Counted from the stretch's first letter, positions 25,108 through 36,854 are shown. The stretch is DNA of 64,000 nt from an uncultured Acidobacteriota bacterium (GCA_963793705.1 CAWCBC010000026.1:7877-71876), one strand, 5' to 3'. Numbers and translations are program-made. Notes: generated by a model not told the origin, from the sequence alone.

Positions 25108-26094
25108 ATGCCGCGCATGTATGCGATCCGTCGTCATCGCGGTGTTGGCCGCAGCCGCAGTCGTCTTCCTCGTCTCCACATCGATCTCGATCGAGGCGCA
25201 GGCCGCCAACGAACCGTACAAGACGGCGTCTACAGCGACGCGCAAGCGACTCGCGGCCAGGCGCTCTACGGGCAGCGCTGCGCCGGCTGCCACGGCCCGG
25301 CGTTGGCGGGCGCCCAGGCGCCGCCGCTTGCGGGCAGCGCGTTCACCTTCAAGTGGCGCAAGGAACCGCTGTCGGCCCTCTTCATCAAGATCCGGTACAC
25401 GATGCCGCCCAACCCGGCACCGGATGCGACTCCGCGGCTGACGCCCGAACAGGGCGCCGATCTCGTCGCGCACGTCCTGAAAACCAATGGCTTCCCCGCC
25501 GGCAAGACCGACTTCGCCGCGTCGGATGCGACCACCAGCCGCATCGGCTGGCCCCCCGCACCTGCGTCAGGGGAAGAACCGCCCGTCGTCGCGGCCAGGT
25601 ATCCGCCAACGGGCACGCTCAACCAGTTGATGCGCGGCGTGTTCTTCCCGAACTCGAATCTGCTCTTCACGGTGCAGACGCGCGACCCGGCGGCACCGGT
25701 CCCGCCACCAGACCCGGCGGCGAAGGGCGCCGGGTTCTCGGTGTTCGAATGGGGTCAGGGGATTTACACCGGCTGGCCGGTCATCGAAAACGCCGCCGCG
25801 GCCCTCGCCGATGCATCGCCGTGGATGCTCTCACCGGGATTGCGTTGCGAGAACGGCCGACTCGCTCCGGTCACCGAGCCCGACTGGATCAGGTTTACGG
25901 AGCAGATGGTCTCGGTGGCCAAACGGGGCTACCGCCTGGCGCAAACGAAGAATCAGGAGGCGGTCTCGGAATGGACCGGCGATCTGTCCGACGCCTGCGC
26001 CGCGTGCCACGGGACGTATCGCGATGTCGGCGGCCGCGGGCGCGGAGCGAACCCGCTCGGCGGTAACAACTCCGCGCGCTGCACGCACCGGTGA
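25108..26094 (+). CDS. Diheme cytochrome c, copy B (tandem paralog)
   Basis: CAGCHG, YTMP, CAACH; shares PGLRCENGR.APVTEPDWIRF with copy A. Confidence 0.85.
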   Translation: MPRMYAIRRHRGVGRSRSRLPRLHIDLDRGAGRQRTVQDGVYSDAQATRGQALYGQRCAGCHGPALAGAQAPPLAGSAFTFKWRKEPLSALFIKIRYTMPPNPAPDATPRLTPEQGADLVAHVLKTNGFPAGKTDFAASDATTSRIGWPPAPASGEEPPVVAARYPPTGTLNQLMRGVFFPNSNLLFTVQTRDPAAPVPPPDPAAKGAGFSVFEWGQGIYTGWPVIENAAAALADASPWMLSPGLRCENGRLAPVTEPDWIRFTEQMVSVAKRGYRLAQTKNQEAVSEWTGDLSDACAACHGTYRDVGGRGRGANPLGGNNSARCTHR

Positions 26095-26125
26095 CGTCTG
26101 CTTTCGTGGCGCTGTTCGCTGGCCT

Positions 26126-26652
26126 TAACCACGAAGTGCACGAAGATCGCGAAGCCCGCGAAGAGATTCGTTGTTAGTGGGATAGGACGATCCGCTGCAG
26201 TCCATCTTTCAGAAGTCGCACTCGAAAGTTGATCAGCAATCCACCTCTGAGGCCCGATCGTTCGCAGGTATGAGATCACCTGGGCGCGGTGGATCTCGTC
26301 AAGCTCGGTCACCGCTTTCAGCTCGACGACGATGAGCCCTTCGACGATCAGATCGACTCGTTGCCCGGGAATCGGGATACCGCGATAGTTGACGTCAATC
26401 GCGCGTTCGCGCTCGTAGGCCAAGTTCGCGGTTCTCGAGTTCGATGCACATGGCCTTTCGATAGATCGACTCGAGGAATCCCGGGCCCGAGCGCCCGATG
26501 AACGGCAATTGCGCACCCGATCGTCTGATGCATCACCCATTCATCTCGAGGTGACAAGGGAGTCGGGCGCACACCACGCATACGCGTGAACCGAAACGGG
26601 ATCTCTCGCGGTCCTTCGTGCCCTTCGCTGCTCTTCGTGTTCTTCGTGGTTA
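26126..26652. mobile_element. Putative autonomous CACGAAG-palindrome element (P5) carrying a GxxExxY gene
   Basis: Left arm 26126-26167 and right arm 26601-26652 are inverted, with perfect 11-bp termini TAACCACGAAG, and enclose only the GxxExxY ORF; mobility is inferred. Confidence 0.55.
26174..26581 (-). CDS. GxxExxY protein (PD-(D/E)XK nuclease-like; TIGR04256/PDDEXK_3 family), frameshifted in assembly
   Basis: IGCAIAVHRALGP-G-F-L-E-S-I-Y after removing one G in a G run; RVDLIVEGLIVVELKA; AQVISYLR; GLLINF. Confidence 0.92.
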
Positions 26653-29119
26653 TCTTTTTTCATCGGTGAACGTCCTCACGACTACATTCCTGCAGTCCGA
26701 TTCCAGCGTGATCTCCCCGTCCCGATCGGTGCGGTAGACCCGCGCACCAATCGATTCGAGGCGCTCGAGTACCTCGGGCGCCGGGTGTCCGAACGTATTG
26801 CCGCGACCGGCGCTGACGAGCGCGATCTGCGGCCGCCAGCTCTCGAGGAGCGCCACCGATGACGACGTGCGGCTGCCGTGATGACCGATTTTGAGGATCC
26901 GGGTGCGCGCGTGGGTCAGCTGCGGGGCGATCGCACGTTCCACGTCCCCGCTGATATCCCCGGTCAGCAGCAGCGCCACGTCACCGCAGGTCACTTCCAG
27001 CACGACCGAGTCGTCGTTGCGCACGCGCGGCCGCTCCCAGTCCGGCTCCGGCGGGTGAAGCACGCGGATCCGGGCACGCCCCCATTGAAACGACTCGCCG
27101 GCGCGACGGAGATCCACTCCGACGCCAGCCGAGACGGCTCGCTCGCGTAGTCGACGAGACGGTTCGTGTCGCGGAACGACCACGCCCTCCCACAGGCGGC
27201 GCGGACGGAAGGTGTCGAGCAGCACCAAGGCACCGCCGATGTGATCGGGATCGCCATGCGTCAGCAGCAAGGCATCCAGGCCGCTGACGCTCCGCGCCCA
27301 CAAGGCCGGTGCAACGACGCGTGCGCCGATGTCGAAGCTGCCGCTGCCGAACGGCGCGCCGCCGGCATCGACCTGGAGCCGCGACGTCCCTGACTCCAGC
27401 AGCATCGCTTCCCCCTGTCCGACATCGAACAGCGTCAGCCGGATGCCAGGGACCATGGGCGGTTGGCCGTGCGGATACGCACCGATGACCAGCAGCATCG
27501 CGACGGCAAGGACGGGGAGTCACGGCGAGGCGCAGGCGCAAACGCGACGCGAACAGCAGCCCGAGCAGCGAGCCGTAATAGACAACAAGCAGCGGGATAC
27601 CTGGCGGTGGCACGCGCCAGGACAACGCGGGCGCCGCATCGACAAACCGAGCGCTCTCCACGATGCCGGAGGCGGACACGGCCGCCAGCCATCCCGCCGG
27701 TCCGGCGACGATCGGCCAGGCATCGAACGCGGCGACGACAAGTCCACCGACCTGCGCCACGGCCATCAGCGGCACCGCCACGAGGTTCAGCAGCGGCCCG
27801 GCCAGCGTCACGCGTGAGAACGACGCCGCGGACACCGGCATCAGCGCAATCTCGACGGCGACCGAGGCCGCCGATCGAGGCGGCAATCCAGATGAAGGGA
27901 TGGTATCCGGCTGATCCGGCGTCGATACGGCGGTCGCAGCCGGACCATCAGCGTCCGCATCCAGCGCGCGCTCTCGAGCAGGGCCGCCGTCGCGCCAAAC
28001 GTGAGAAGGAATCCCGCGCTCCGCACATCGAGCGGCGCCACGCCCGCCATCACCGCCCGCAGCCAGCGTCGTTGCCTGCCATGGCGGCGTCCGGTGATCG
28101 AACAGCCTCGCCGCCAGATACACGACCGCCATCAACGTCGCCCGCCAGACCGACGGTCCGGTCGTCGCGATCTGCGCATAGACCAGGAGCACGCCGATGG
28201 TGATCACGGCGCGTACGCGGCCATGAACGCCGACCAGCGCGAGCAGCGCGAAGGCGAGTCCCGCGAGAACCGCGATGTTGCCGCCCGAAATCGCGATGAC
28301 GTGGTACGTCCCCGCACGCTGGAGTCGTTCGGACACGTCATCCGACAAGCCGGTCCTGTCGCCGATCAACACGGCGGTAACGATCGCCGCCGCCGTCTGG
28401 TCGTGCGGCGCGACCCACCTGCGGACGACGTGGCGGACGCGCGCGCGCACACCGGCGGCCCACTCCTGAAATGGCGAGCCCTTCGAGACGACGTCGACGA
28501 GCAGGCCGCTCTTGACGGATGCGAACAGCGCCGTGCCGCTGAGTGCCAGTTGACGCTCGAAGTCCGGAACACCATCGTCGAGATATCTCGCCGGGCGCCT
28601 GAAGGTGGCGCGCGTCTCGATCACTCGCCCGGCGCGCCACTCATCCGCTCGTGTCGCGGCCGCCTCGCCACTGACGGTCAACGCAACACCGCCTGCCACA
28701 CCGTATCGACGCCCGTCGATGTCGACGGCTGCCACGTTCACGCGGAGCGAGACGTAGTCCTCGCGGAGGGCCGCGTCCTCGAGCAGCTCCGCGCGAACGG
28801 GGATCGGCTCGTGGTCGTTCTCGGGACCAAGGCTCTCGATCTGAAAGCCGCCGACCCGAGCATCGAGAACGTCGCGCAGTGAGGGATGCAGGGCCTCTTC
28901 GCGGGCATCGGCGGCCAGAACCGCGGCCGCGAGGCTAAAGCCGGCACATGTGGCCAGCAACGCCATCCAGGACATGCGACGCCACCAGGCCACGGTCGCC
29001 GCGGCACAGAGGACCGGCAGTGCCGCCACAGCGAGCCAACCCGGGACGTCGATGGACGTTCCGGCAACGGCGCCGACGAGGACGGAGAGTGCTGGACACA
29101 GCGCCGGGGGCACGCCCAT
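26650..29119 (-). CDS. comEC: DNA internalization competence protein ComEC/Rec2 (frameshifted)
   Basis: GTYHVIAISGGN, SVWRA, FDVGQG, THGDPDHIGG, NDDSVV, HHGS, GNTFGHP. Confidence 0.93.
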
Positions 29120-29272
29120 CGACCTGCAAGTGGGCGATCCGGGCGCGCCTGGCTCCGGGTCAGCGACTTACGGCGACTGGTTGCAGAAAGTGATCACACC
29201 ATCGCCGGATCAGCGCGCAGTTTTTGATCCGCCAGGAGTAATATGGCCGGCCGGCGCTCACCAGGAGGATCT

Positions 29273-29885
29273 ATGTCCACGCGCACATGCGTGGATGGCG
29301 GCCATCGCCGTCGGGCTGATGTTGACGGGAGGTATGCGGGCCGAGCAGAGCGCTCAGGCCAACGCGCGGCCGATGGCGCTGGACGCGCTGGACTACATCG
29401 AGATCCAGCAGCTCGTCGCCAAGTACGCGCGAGCGATCGACACCTGCTCGAACAACGGCTACGACTATGCCGACCTGTTTACGCCAGACGGCTTCTTCGC
29501 TCCGTCGCAGAACGGTGTGGTCGGCACGCGATTCCAGGGTCGGGAAAAGCTGGCCGAGGTCTCGGGAGGCGGTGTCGCCGGTTGCAAGAATGTCGGGTGG
29601 ATCCGCCAGGGCGTACTGCACATCTATACGAACCACATCATCACGCCAACCGCCGATGGCGCGACCGGAACGGTTGACATGCTGATGATCGGGCTTGGCG
29701 GCGACCCCAACCGCATTCAGCACGACGGTTACTACGCCGACACCTACGCGAAGACGCCGCAAGGGTGGCGGTTCGCGTCGCGGATCCATCACGTGAAAAT
29801 CCAGCCACCTCGCGCGGCCGCTCCAGCGCGCCCCAGTTCGTGGACAATAAGCGGCGCGTTCACGTCCTGGACTCAGCAGGCGTAG
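29273..29885 (+). CDS. SnoaL-like/NTF2 family secreted protein (ends approximate)
   Basis: AGGAGG RBS; DYIEIQQLVAKYARAID, LFTPDG, GYYADTY..T..GWRF. Confidence 0.8.
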
Positions 29886-29959
29886 ATCAGACGACTGGCA
29901 CGACTTCTGCGGGTTGTGTTCTGGTCTGCGCTTCTGTGGACCAATCGGAGAGGTGCTCA

Positions 29960-30548
29960 ATGACCCAGCAACAATGGCGGGGCGCGATCGCGCGGACGCT
30001 GTGCACCGCGATGCTGGCGGTCTCGGGTGTCGCGGCGCAGCAGGAGTCCGCCACCAAGCAACTCGGTCAGGCCGCCGTCCAATATCGCGACAAGGCCATT
30101 CACGTCGTCGCGGCGTACTACTACTCACAACGCAACCACGACTCGCGCTGGCTCCTGATTCAATCCGGTGTCTCGACCGCCGACGAAGCGGTCATCAAGC
30201 GGGACGCGATCGCCCTGCGGACGCCGAAAGGAGAGGCGATTCCCCTCGCGACCCAGCGACGCGTCGGCGAGGACACCAAGCAGGTCGAGCAGCTGCTTCA
30301 GAACGCCAGTGTTCAGACGCACAACGTGGCGTCCTACTTCAAGCAGCCGGATCGGATCGAAGACATGCAGCTGTTCAGGCTCGCGTTCGGTCCCGTCGTT
30401 CATGACGAATTCATCGTCGATCGCGATCGGGCGGCCGTTGGTCCGCTCTTCTTCGAGTCGCCGAACGGGCGCCTGGGAGCCCGGCACCTACACGCTCGTC
30501 GTGCGGCATCGCAAGGGGACCGCTGAACTGCCGATCACCTTGGAGTAG
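29960..30548 (+). CDS. Secreted hypothetical protein (frameshift near 3' end)
   Basis: GGAGAGG RBS, signal peptide, continuation WEPGTYTLVV...LPITLE. Confidence 0.6.
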
Positions 30549-30561
30549 CGCGTGGCGAGGA

Positions 30562-31413
30562 TCAGGGGTTCGCGGACTTCGCCGAGAAGCTGAATGAGAT
30601 GCCGGCGGACACGGCAAGGCTGGTCTTGTTGGATTCGTCGGGACTCGAGACGGTGCGGCCGACGCCAACGTAGGCCGACATCGCCTCGTTCAGCGACCGT
30701 CCGACCGCCACGCTGACATCGGATCGTCCGCCCCCCAAGCCGGTCGTGTCCTCACCGGTCGGAATCGAGCGCGTGAGGCTGAACGTCAGCGACGTACCCT
30801 CCGGCGACGTCCACTCGATCGCGCCCGCGGCAAAGACGGCGCCGCGCGAGAAGTATCCAGTCGATCCGTAGACACGCACGGGCGACGCGCGGAACTCGGC
30901 GCTGACCGGCAACGCCCAGTGCACGCGATCGTCGAAGAAGCCGGGACTGAGGACCTCGAGGACGGGGATCACGGCAACGCCGAATCGTGCGTCCTTCAGC
31001 GCCGGATCGATCAACACGATCTTGCCGCTGAAATACATGTCGTCAACGCCGCGCGATGTCGTTCCCCCGTCTTCGGTCCGGTAGAACGGCACGCTCATCC
31101 CGAACTGGAATCGATCGGTCACGGCGTAGGAGCCGTCGAGCATCGGAATGTCGAGCAGGGATGCGCCGGCGCCGCGCCAGTAGCCAATGCCAAGCCCGAC
31201 GCTGCCGCCGCCTTCCGCGCGCGTCGTCGCGTCGTCCAGCCACACGCCGAATTGTCTGAACTGTGAGGTGGAAATGCTGGCCGTTCCGGGACCGCCGGAT
31301 TCGGACGACGCCTGCGGATTCTTCGGTCGTCCCTGCCCCTGACCCTGCGCCTCCGCGCGATGCGGAAGGACGAGCAGGACGAGCACGATCGTCAGAGCCG
31401 GCAGGCGTCGCAT
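30562..31413 (-). CDS. Outer-membrane beta-barrel-like hypothetical protein
   Basis: Signal peptide, alternating beta strands, C-terminal AGISFSF. Confidence 0.65.
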   Translation of the reverse strand: MRRLPALTIVLVLLVLPHRAEAQGQGQGRPKNPQASSESGGPGTASISTSQFRQFGVWLDDATTRAEGGGSVGLGIGYWRGAGASLLDIPMLDGSYAVTDRFQFGMSVPFYRTEDGGTTSRGVDDMYFSGKIVLIDPALKDARFGVAVIPVLEVLSPGFFDDRVHWALPVSAEFRASPVRVYGSTGYFSRGAVFAAGAIEWTSPEGTSLTFSLTRSIPTGEDTTGLGGGRSDVSVAVGRSLNEAMSAYVGVGRTVSSPDESNKTSLAVSAGISFSFSAKSANP

Positions 31414-31419
31414 CGATCG

Positions 31420-32020
31420 CTACCTTACGGGGTCGGGTCGTGGTCGTCGTCGTGGTCGTCGCCGTCGTTGTCGGAGTGTCGGCGTGGCCGCCTTGACGAA
31501 CGCCACGGCATCCGGAAGGCTCTTGCCGTTCGTGACCATCTCCGTGTAGATCGACGCGAACGACAGGTTGTTGTTCTTCGCCGCGTTCATCGCCGCCACC
31601 AGCTGACCCTGGTTCTTCCAGCCGGTCGTCGCCTGGTCGAAGGTCAAGGTGCTGCCCACGAGCAGACGTATCCAGACGCGTTTTCAGCGTGTTGTTCAGC
31701 GCGATCTTCTCGCCGAGCGGGAGCTGACCGCGGCCCTTCGACGCCGAGTCCTCCGTGGTGGTGGCGTCCGTCGTTCCGGCCGTGTTCGCGTGATCACCGC
31801 TCTTACCGTGATTGCCGCTCTTGGCGTCCGCGCTGTTGCCCTTCACGAGCGTGCCGCTCTTGGCGTCAGCACTCTTCCCTTTGACCGCAGGCCCCTTGAC
31901 GATTGCCGTCGCCGGTTTACCGGCGCCCGCAGGTTTTCCGATCGCCTTGCCTTGTGCCGCGGCTGGAAGCGCGGGCAGCGCAAGCGCAGCTATCAACGTA
32001 AGAATCCGGGACAACCTCAT
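31420..32020 (-). CDS. Secreted low-complexity (Lys/Ala/Thr-rich) hypothetical protein
   Basis: GGAGG RBS, signal peptide, repeated VKG.SADAKSG, Thr-rich tail; frameshifted. Confidence 0.55.
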
Positions 32021-32211
32021 GGTTATGGTTCCTCCAAGGACTCCCAGGCTTCTCCAAGGCAGATGCCACTGCTGAACTCGGGCAATGAGGCCAGAAAAAG
32101 GCCCATTCACAGCGATACATTGGCCGCGAGTGCACAGATCCGGCACCCCAGGCACATGTTCGAAACTGAGGCGAGAAGTGCAAAAACTTCCCGCCTCAGC
32201 ATGTGGCAGAT

Positions 32212-32254
32212 TTCTTCTTCGTGGTCTTCGACTCTCTTCGTGCCTTCGTGCTTA
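32212..32254. repeat. Solo arm of CACGAAG palindrome (P6)
   Basis: cttcgtggt-cttcgact-ctcttcgtg-ccttcgtgctta; overlaps the receptor stop codon; no partner arm seen. Confidence 0.75.
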
Positions 32255-35200
32255 GAAGTCGAGCTGCGCGCTGAACTTGAACAGCCGTCCCGCTGTGACC
32301 GACACCGGCGAGAGATACGGATCTGCTCCCCATAGGTCTGCAGGAGACGTCCGTCGTATTGGAGTTCGTCAGGTTGTAGACGTCGAGGGCGAGCATCGTC
32401 CGCGTCCCGTTGTATCTGCAGGAATTTGCCGAACCGGAGATCGACGCCGTTCAGGCGATCGCCGTACTTCGTTCCCGGCTGGACGAGGTTGAGGAACTGG
32501 ATGGCCTGGCCGCTCGAGAACCCCCGTCCAAGGTTCGTCTGGAACGGGAGCGCCAGCACCTGCGCACCGAGGCTCTGGCCGGCAATGCTCGGGAAGTTGG
32601 CTCCGGCATAGGGCACGCTGCGGAACGTGCCGCTGACGAGCACGTCGATCCGCGGCACGGTGTAGCTCGCCAGACCCTTTCCAGTTCGTCTGCCATCCCG
32701 ACTCGCGATGGCAGAAAGCCTGCGGCCACTGGCCAAGCCCGCCGACAAAGGGCGAGTCCGGCTAAGAACGGCTGCGAGCCGCCCCACGGACGCGAAGATG
32801 TAGACCTCCGGGTGCGCCTGGACCATTCCGCAATCGTCCTCGACGCGGTTGCCTGTGCTGAAGCCGCCCTGGATGGTCACGTCCCGGAGGCGGGCGTGTG
32901 CCGTCATGTCGATGCCGTTGAAGGTGTTGTCGACGCCGCCAAGGTTGTCGGCGAACGTGCGGAAGTTGTCGAACTGGCCAAACTTTGCCGGTTTGATGTC
33001 CTGGAACGTCAGCGGGTATCCACCGCCGCCCGGCAGCTTCGGATCCGACGGCGACGTTGTAGACGAACGAATCAAAGTCCGCCGGCGTGAGCGCGCGGTT
33101 GACCGTGGCCAGCGTATTTCCCCAGGTGCGCCGGACGTAGGCCAGTTCCACGGACACGCGCGGAAAGACTTCCTGCACGACCGCGAGGTTCAGATCCCAG
33201 CTGTACTCCCGGGTGTTCCAGCCATCGGTGACCGCCGGATCCACCGTGAGCGGGTTGATCTGCTTGGCGAAGTTCGGATTCGCCATCGGGCCGCACTCAC
33301 CATTGGCGGCCGTGTTCAGCAGGTCACAGTTGGGGACGAAGTTGCCGGTTCTGGAATCGCCGGCTCCGAAGAGGCTGTCGTTCCATGGCCTTGTCGTCTG
33401 TGCGACGAAACGCCCGAGTCCTGCCGGACTGTAATTCGCCCACTCGTCCACGGTGTTCGTGGTCGTCACGTACCGGCCAAGGAACACCTTCGCCGCCGTC
33501 CTTCCGTTCCCGAACACGTCGTAGGCGGCGCCGAACCGCGGCATCAGGTCCTTCTGGCTCAGCGGACCGTCCTGCGCCGCGAAGACCAGAGGCGGTGGGA
33601 ACGAAAATGTTCGGCCCCATCTGCTGCTGCTCGAACGAGTCGCGCAGATACTCGAAGCGCAGGCCACCCTGCAGCGTGAGTCGGCCGAGCGTCCAGCGAT
33701 CCTGCGCGTACATCGCGAAGATCCCCTGGTGCTGGTGCTGGTCCGACGCGTGATCCGCGTACATCGTCAACTGGTAGGGAACACCGCTGTTGAAGTTGTA
33801 CTTGAGCTGCGAATCGTTGTAGAAGTTCTTCGGGAACGTCGAGTCGTTGGCGTGGTGGCGGACGCCGAATTTCGCCGAGTGCGTTCCGGTCACGTACGAC
33901 AGCGCGCCCTCATAGATGGTCGTAAACCCCGTGTGGCCGGACCAGAAGGCCGATCTGTAGTTGATGCCCGGGATGGCGCCGCCGTCGTCCTGCACCTGAA
34001 TCAACGTACTGTCGAACGAATTCTTCTGTTCGCTGCCCCACCAGAAGTACGGCCCCAACCCCACGTTGGCCTCGAGCAGCATGCGATTCGTCACCGGCGA
34101 TGACCAGCTGACCTTGCCGAGCATGCTCGGGTGGTTCTGTGTCTGGCTCTGCGCTTCAGGCGAGGCGATCAAGCCGGTGAACGACAGGCCGGATCGGGAG
34201 CCGCCCTCGACGCAGTGCTGGCAGTTGTACTGCACGTTCATCCAGCCATCGATCTTGTTGCGCGGCGACGCCTGCCAGGTCAGCCGGCCGGAATAGTTCT
34301 TCCACGTGCCATCGTCGATCGCCTGCTTCGTCGTCGGCTGCGTAGGTCCATTTCGTGGCATCGCCGGCGTTCGCGTTGGTGAACATGTTGATCTGCTGAC
34401 GGTTGCCCTGGTGGCGGAACGAGCCGAAGAACCACAGGCGATCGCGGCATGATCGGCCCGCCGAACGACGGGTTGACGTCCCAGAGCTTCTGCGAGCTCG
34501 ATTGGCGTCAGGCCGGTGTCCTTCTGCGCCTGGCTCAGGTTCTCGGCCTGGAACGAGCTGTTCGCGAAGTTCAAGAACATCTGCCCGCTGAATATGTTTC
34601 CACCCTGCCGGCTGATGACGTTCACCTGCGGCCCGCCGGTGACGGCCTCGCCAAGAGCGCCGCTCAGCGTGACGTTGATTTCCTCCGCGTTGCCCACCTC
34701 CGGCGTGTATCCCGACACGCCCATGCCCTGGTAGCCGGCGCTCTGTCCGTTCACCTGGACCTGCCCTTCGTTGCGGCGGCCACCGTGAATCTGGAACACG
34801 CTGAAGATCGGGCCAGACGACGAGCCGACGTCGTTGCCCTGCACGTTGATCGCGGGCACGAGCGCGGTGAAGCTGAAGTACTGTCGGCCGGACGGGATAT
34901 CGGCACCGTCTCGCCGCTGAACGTCTGCTCGGTTCGGGCGCTCGTGATATCCACCACCGGTGCTTCGCCGGTGACCGTGATCGCCTCGGTCACCGCGCCA
35001 ACCTTCAGATCCTGGTTCACGGTGGCGATGAACGTGCCGGTCAGCACGATCCCTTCACGCCTGACCGGGACAGAATCCGGAGATCGAAAACGTGACCGTA
35101 TAGGTGCCCGGCCTCAGGTCTTCAATCGCGTACTGGCCGACGCCGTTGGTCACGACCGAACGCGTTTTCTCGATCAGCGCCGGGCTGGACGCTTCGACGG

Positions 35201-35326
35201 TGACGCCGGGCAGCACGCCCCCGACGCGTCTCTCACGGTGCCGACAATCGAGCCCTGCGCGAAGGCGACTGTGGGTGCCAGGACGAGCCCGATGACGACG
35301 AGGAAGTTCTTTGCCAACCGATCCAT
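32252..35326 (-). CDS. Oar-like TonB-dependent receptor with carboxypeptidase-regulatory N-domain (many frameshifts)
   Basis: AQGSIVGTVRDASG, LPGVTVEASSPALIEK, QDRWT, PRFGAAYDVFG, C-terminal ..RLDF. Confidence 0.88.
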
Positions 35327-35519
35327 GGTCCTCCTCCGAAGTGAATAAACCCCGCACGAAACCAGCAACATCTGTGCCGTTTCCCGGTGTACCAGAAGCG
35401 TTGCTCGGCCAGAAATATATGTTTCGTTCGGATTGAGAGGTTTTCGATATCAGTCGACGCCGGATCTTCAGTGCAAACACGATGGGAACGCGGGTCGGGT
35501 GTGCTAGCCTCTCGACCGC

Positions 35520-36467
35520 ATGGAGCTACGTCATCTGCGGTACGTCGTCACGGTGGCCGATACGCTCCACTTCGGCCGCGCCGCCGAGCGGCTGCATCTG
35601 AGTCAGCCACCGCTCAGCCAGCAGATTCGGCAACTGGAGACGGAGCTCGGTGTGGCGCTGTTCCACCGCACGAAGCGCCATGTCGAACTGACCGACGCCG
35701 GCAGGATGTTCGTCGAGGAGGCGCGCGTCATCCTCGCGCATGCCGCGCATGCATCCAACCTGGCGCTGCGCGTGAACCAGGGCGAAGTCGGTCAGCTGTC
35801 CATCGGCGCGGCTGGGCCCGCCGACGCGCAGATCTTTGTCGAGATTCTCCGGGCGTTCGCGCGGCGTCATCCACAAGTCCGCACGGTCGTGCGGAACATG
35901 GGCTCCGCCGAACAGGCCCGCGCGCTCAGCGAAGGACGCCTGCACGTGGGATTCGTCGCGCTTCCGATCGACGAACCCGATCTCGCCACTGAAACGGTGC
36001 TCCGCCAGCCGATCGTCATCGCGTTGCCACGCGATCACCCGCTGGCCTCCCGGGCGCGCGTGCCGCTGCATGCCCTTGCCAACGAGCCGCACATCATGTT
36101 CGCCCGCCGCATGGGACCCCGCCTGTACGATGCGGTGCTGGCCGCGTGTCGCGAGGCGGGCTTCAACATGCAAATCGCCCACGAAGTGGACAATCTCCAC
36201 ACGGCCTGTGCGCTGGTTGATGCCGGCCTGGGCGTGTGCTTCGTGCCGGCCGGGGTTCAGGAAAAGCGATCGAACGGCATCGTCTTGCGGCCCGTGACGC
36301 CGGCCTTGCCGCACGTCGATTCCCAACTCGCGATCGCGTACAAGCCACACTCCTGCGAGCTGGTCTCCCTCTTCATCGAGGTGGTGCGGGAGGTCATGGC
36401 GTCGAAACGATCGCGATCGAGAGCCCCTCGACTCCGCTGGCCGGCCGGCCGAATGGCGTCGGCGTAG
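35520..36467 (+). CDS. LysR-family transcriptional regulator
   Basis: MELRHLRY...HFGRAAERLHLSQPPLSQQIRQLE; divergent from the TonB receptor. Confidence 0.96.
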   Translation: MELRHLRYVVTVADTLHFGRAAERLHLSQPPLSQQIRQLETELGVALFHRTKRHVELTDAGRMFVEEARVILAHAAHASNLALRVNQGEVGQLSIGAAGPADAQIFVEILRAFARRHPQVRTVVRNMGSAEQARALSEGRLHVGFVALPIDEPDLATETVLRQPIVIALPRDHPLASRARVPLHALANEPHIMFARRMGPRLYDAVLAACREAGFNMQIAHEVDNLHTACALVDAGLGVCFVPAGVQEKRSNGIVLRPVTPALPHVDSQLAIAYKPHSCELVSLFIEVVREVMASKRSRSRAPRLRWPAGRMASA

Positions 36468-36482
36468 GCGCCGCGATCGCGC

Positions 36483-36854
36483 TCAGGGCCGCACGCCCAC
36501 CAGCTGTCTCAATCTGGCGTTCGTGTCGTCGTCCATGTCGGCAAAGCGGACGGCAAAGCCAACTCCAGGCGTCGCGGAGAGCACGGTCCCATGAACGCTG
36601 AGTGGACCTTCGGGGACCGCCAGGCAGATTTCCCGGACATGGGTGCCCTGCGGCGGTACGGAGAAGCGGCTGTCGATATAGCAGCCGGTCGGGCTGATAC
36701 TGCTGATGCGGGTCTGTTCGTCTCCCCACGGACTGACCCAGTTGCACTCGATGTATCGTTCGATGCGCTGTCGCTTCGGACGTCGCCTCGGACGCCCGCC
36801 GCTCGGTGCATTTGGTACTCGATTCCACAGCGCGGCGAACCATCGCTGAGCCAT
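36483..36854 (-). CDS. PilZ domain protein
   Basis: RRPKR motif, SISPTGCYI (D/NxSxxG-like), GFAVRF. Confidence 0.7.
   Translation of the reverse strand: MAQRWFAALWNRVPNAPSGGRPRRRPKRQRIERYIECNWVSPWGDEQTRISSISPTGCYIDSRFSVPPQGTHVREICLAVPEGPLSVHGTVLSATPGVGFAVRFADMDDDTNARLRQLVGVRP

Noticed and set aside
23715-26652. CACGAAG palindromes as integron attC sites (AAC...GTT ends, cassette-like spacing)
   Set aside because: Only some ends fit RYYYAAC/GTTRRRY, there is no integron integrase, the arms are tandem units without attC L-box architecture, and copies also sit inside housekeeping operons such as carA-carB.
31421-31480. (GTC)n-like trinucleotide run
   Set aside because: It encodes a Thr-rich low-complexity tail of the 31420-32020 protein and is not an independent element.
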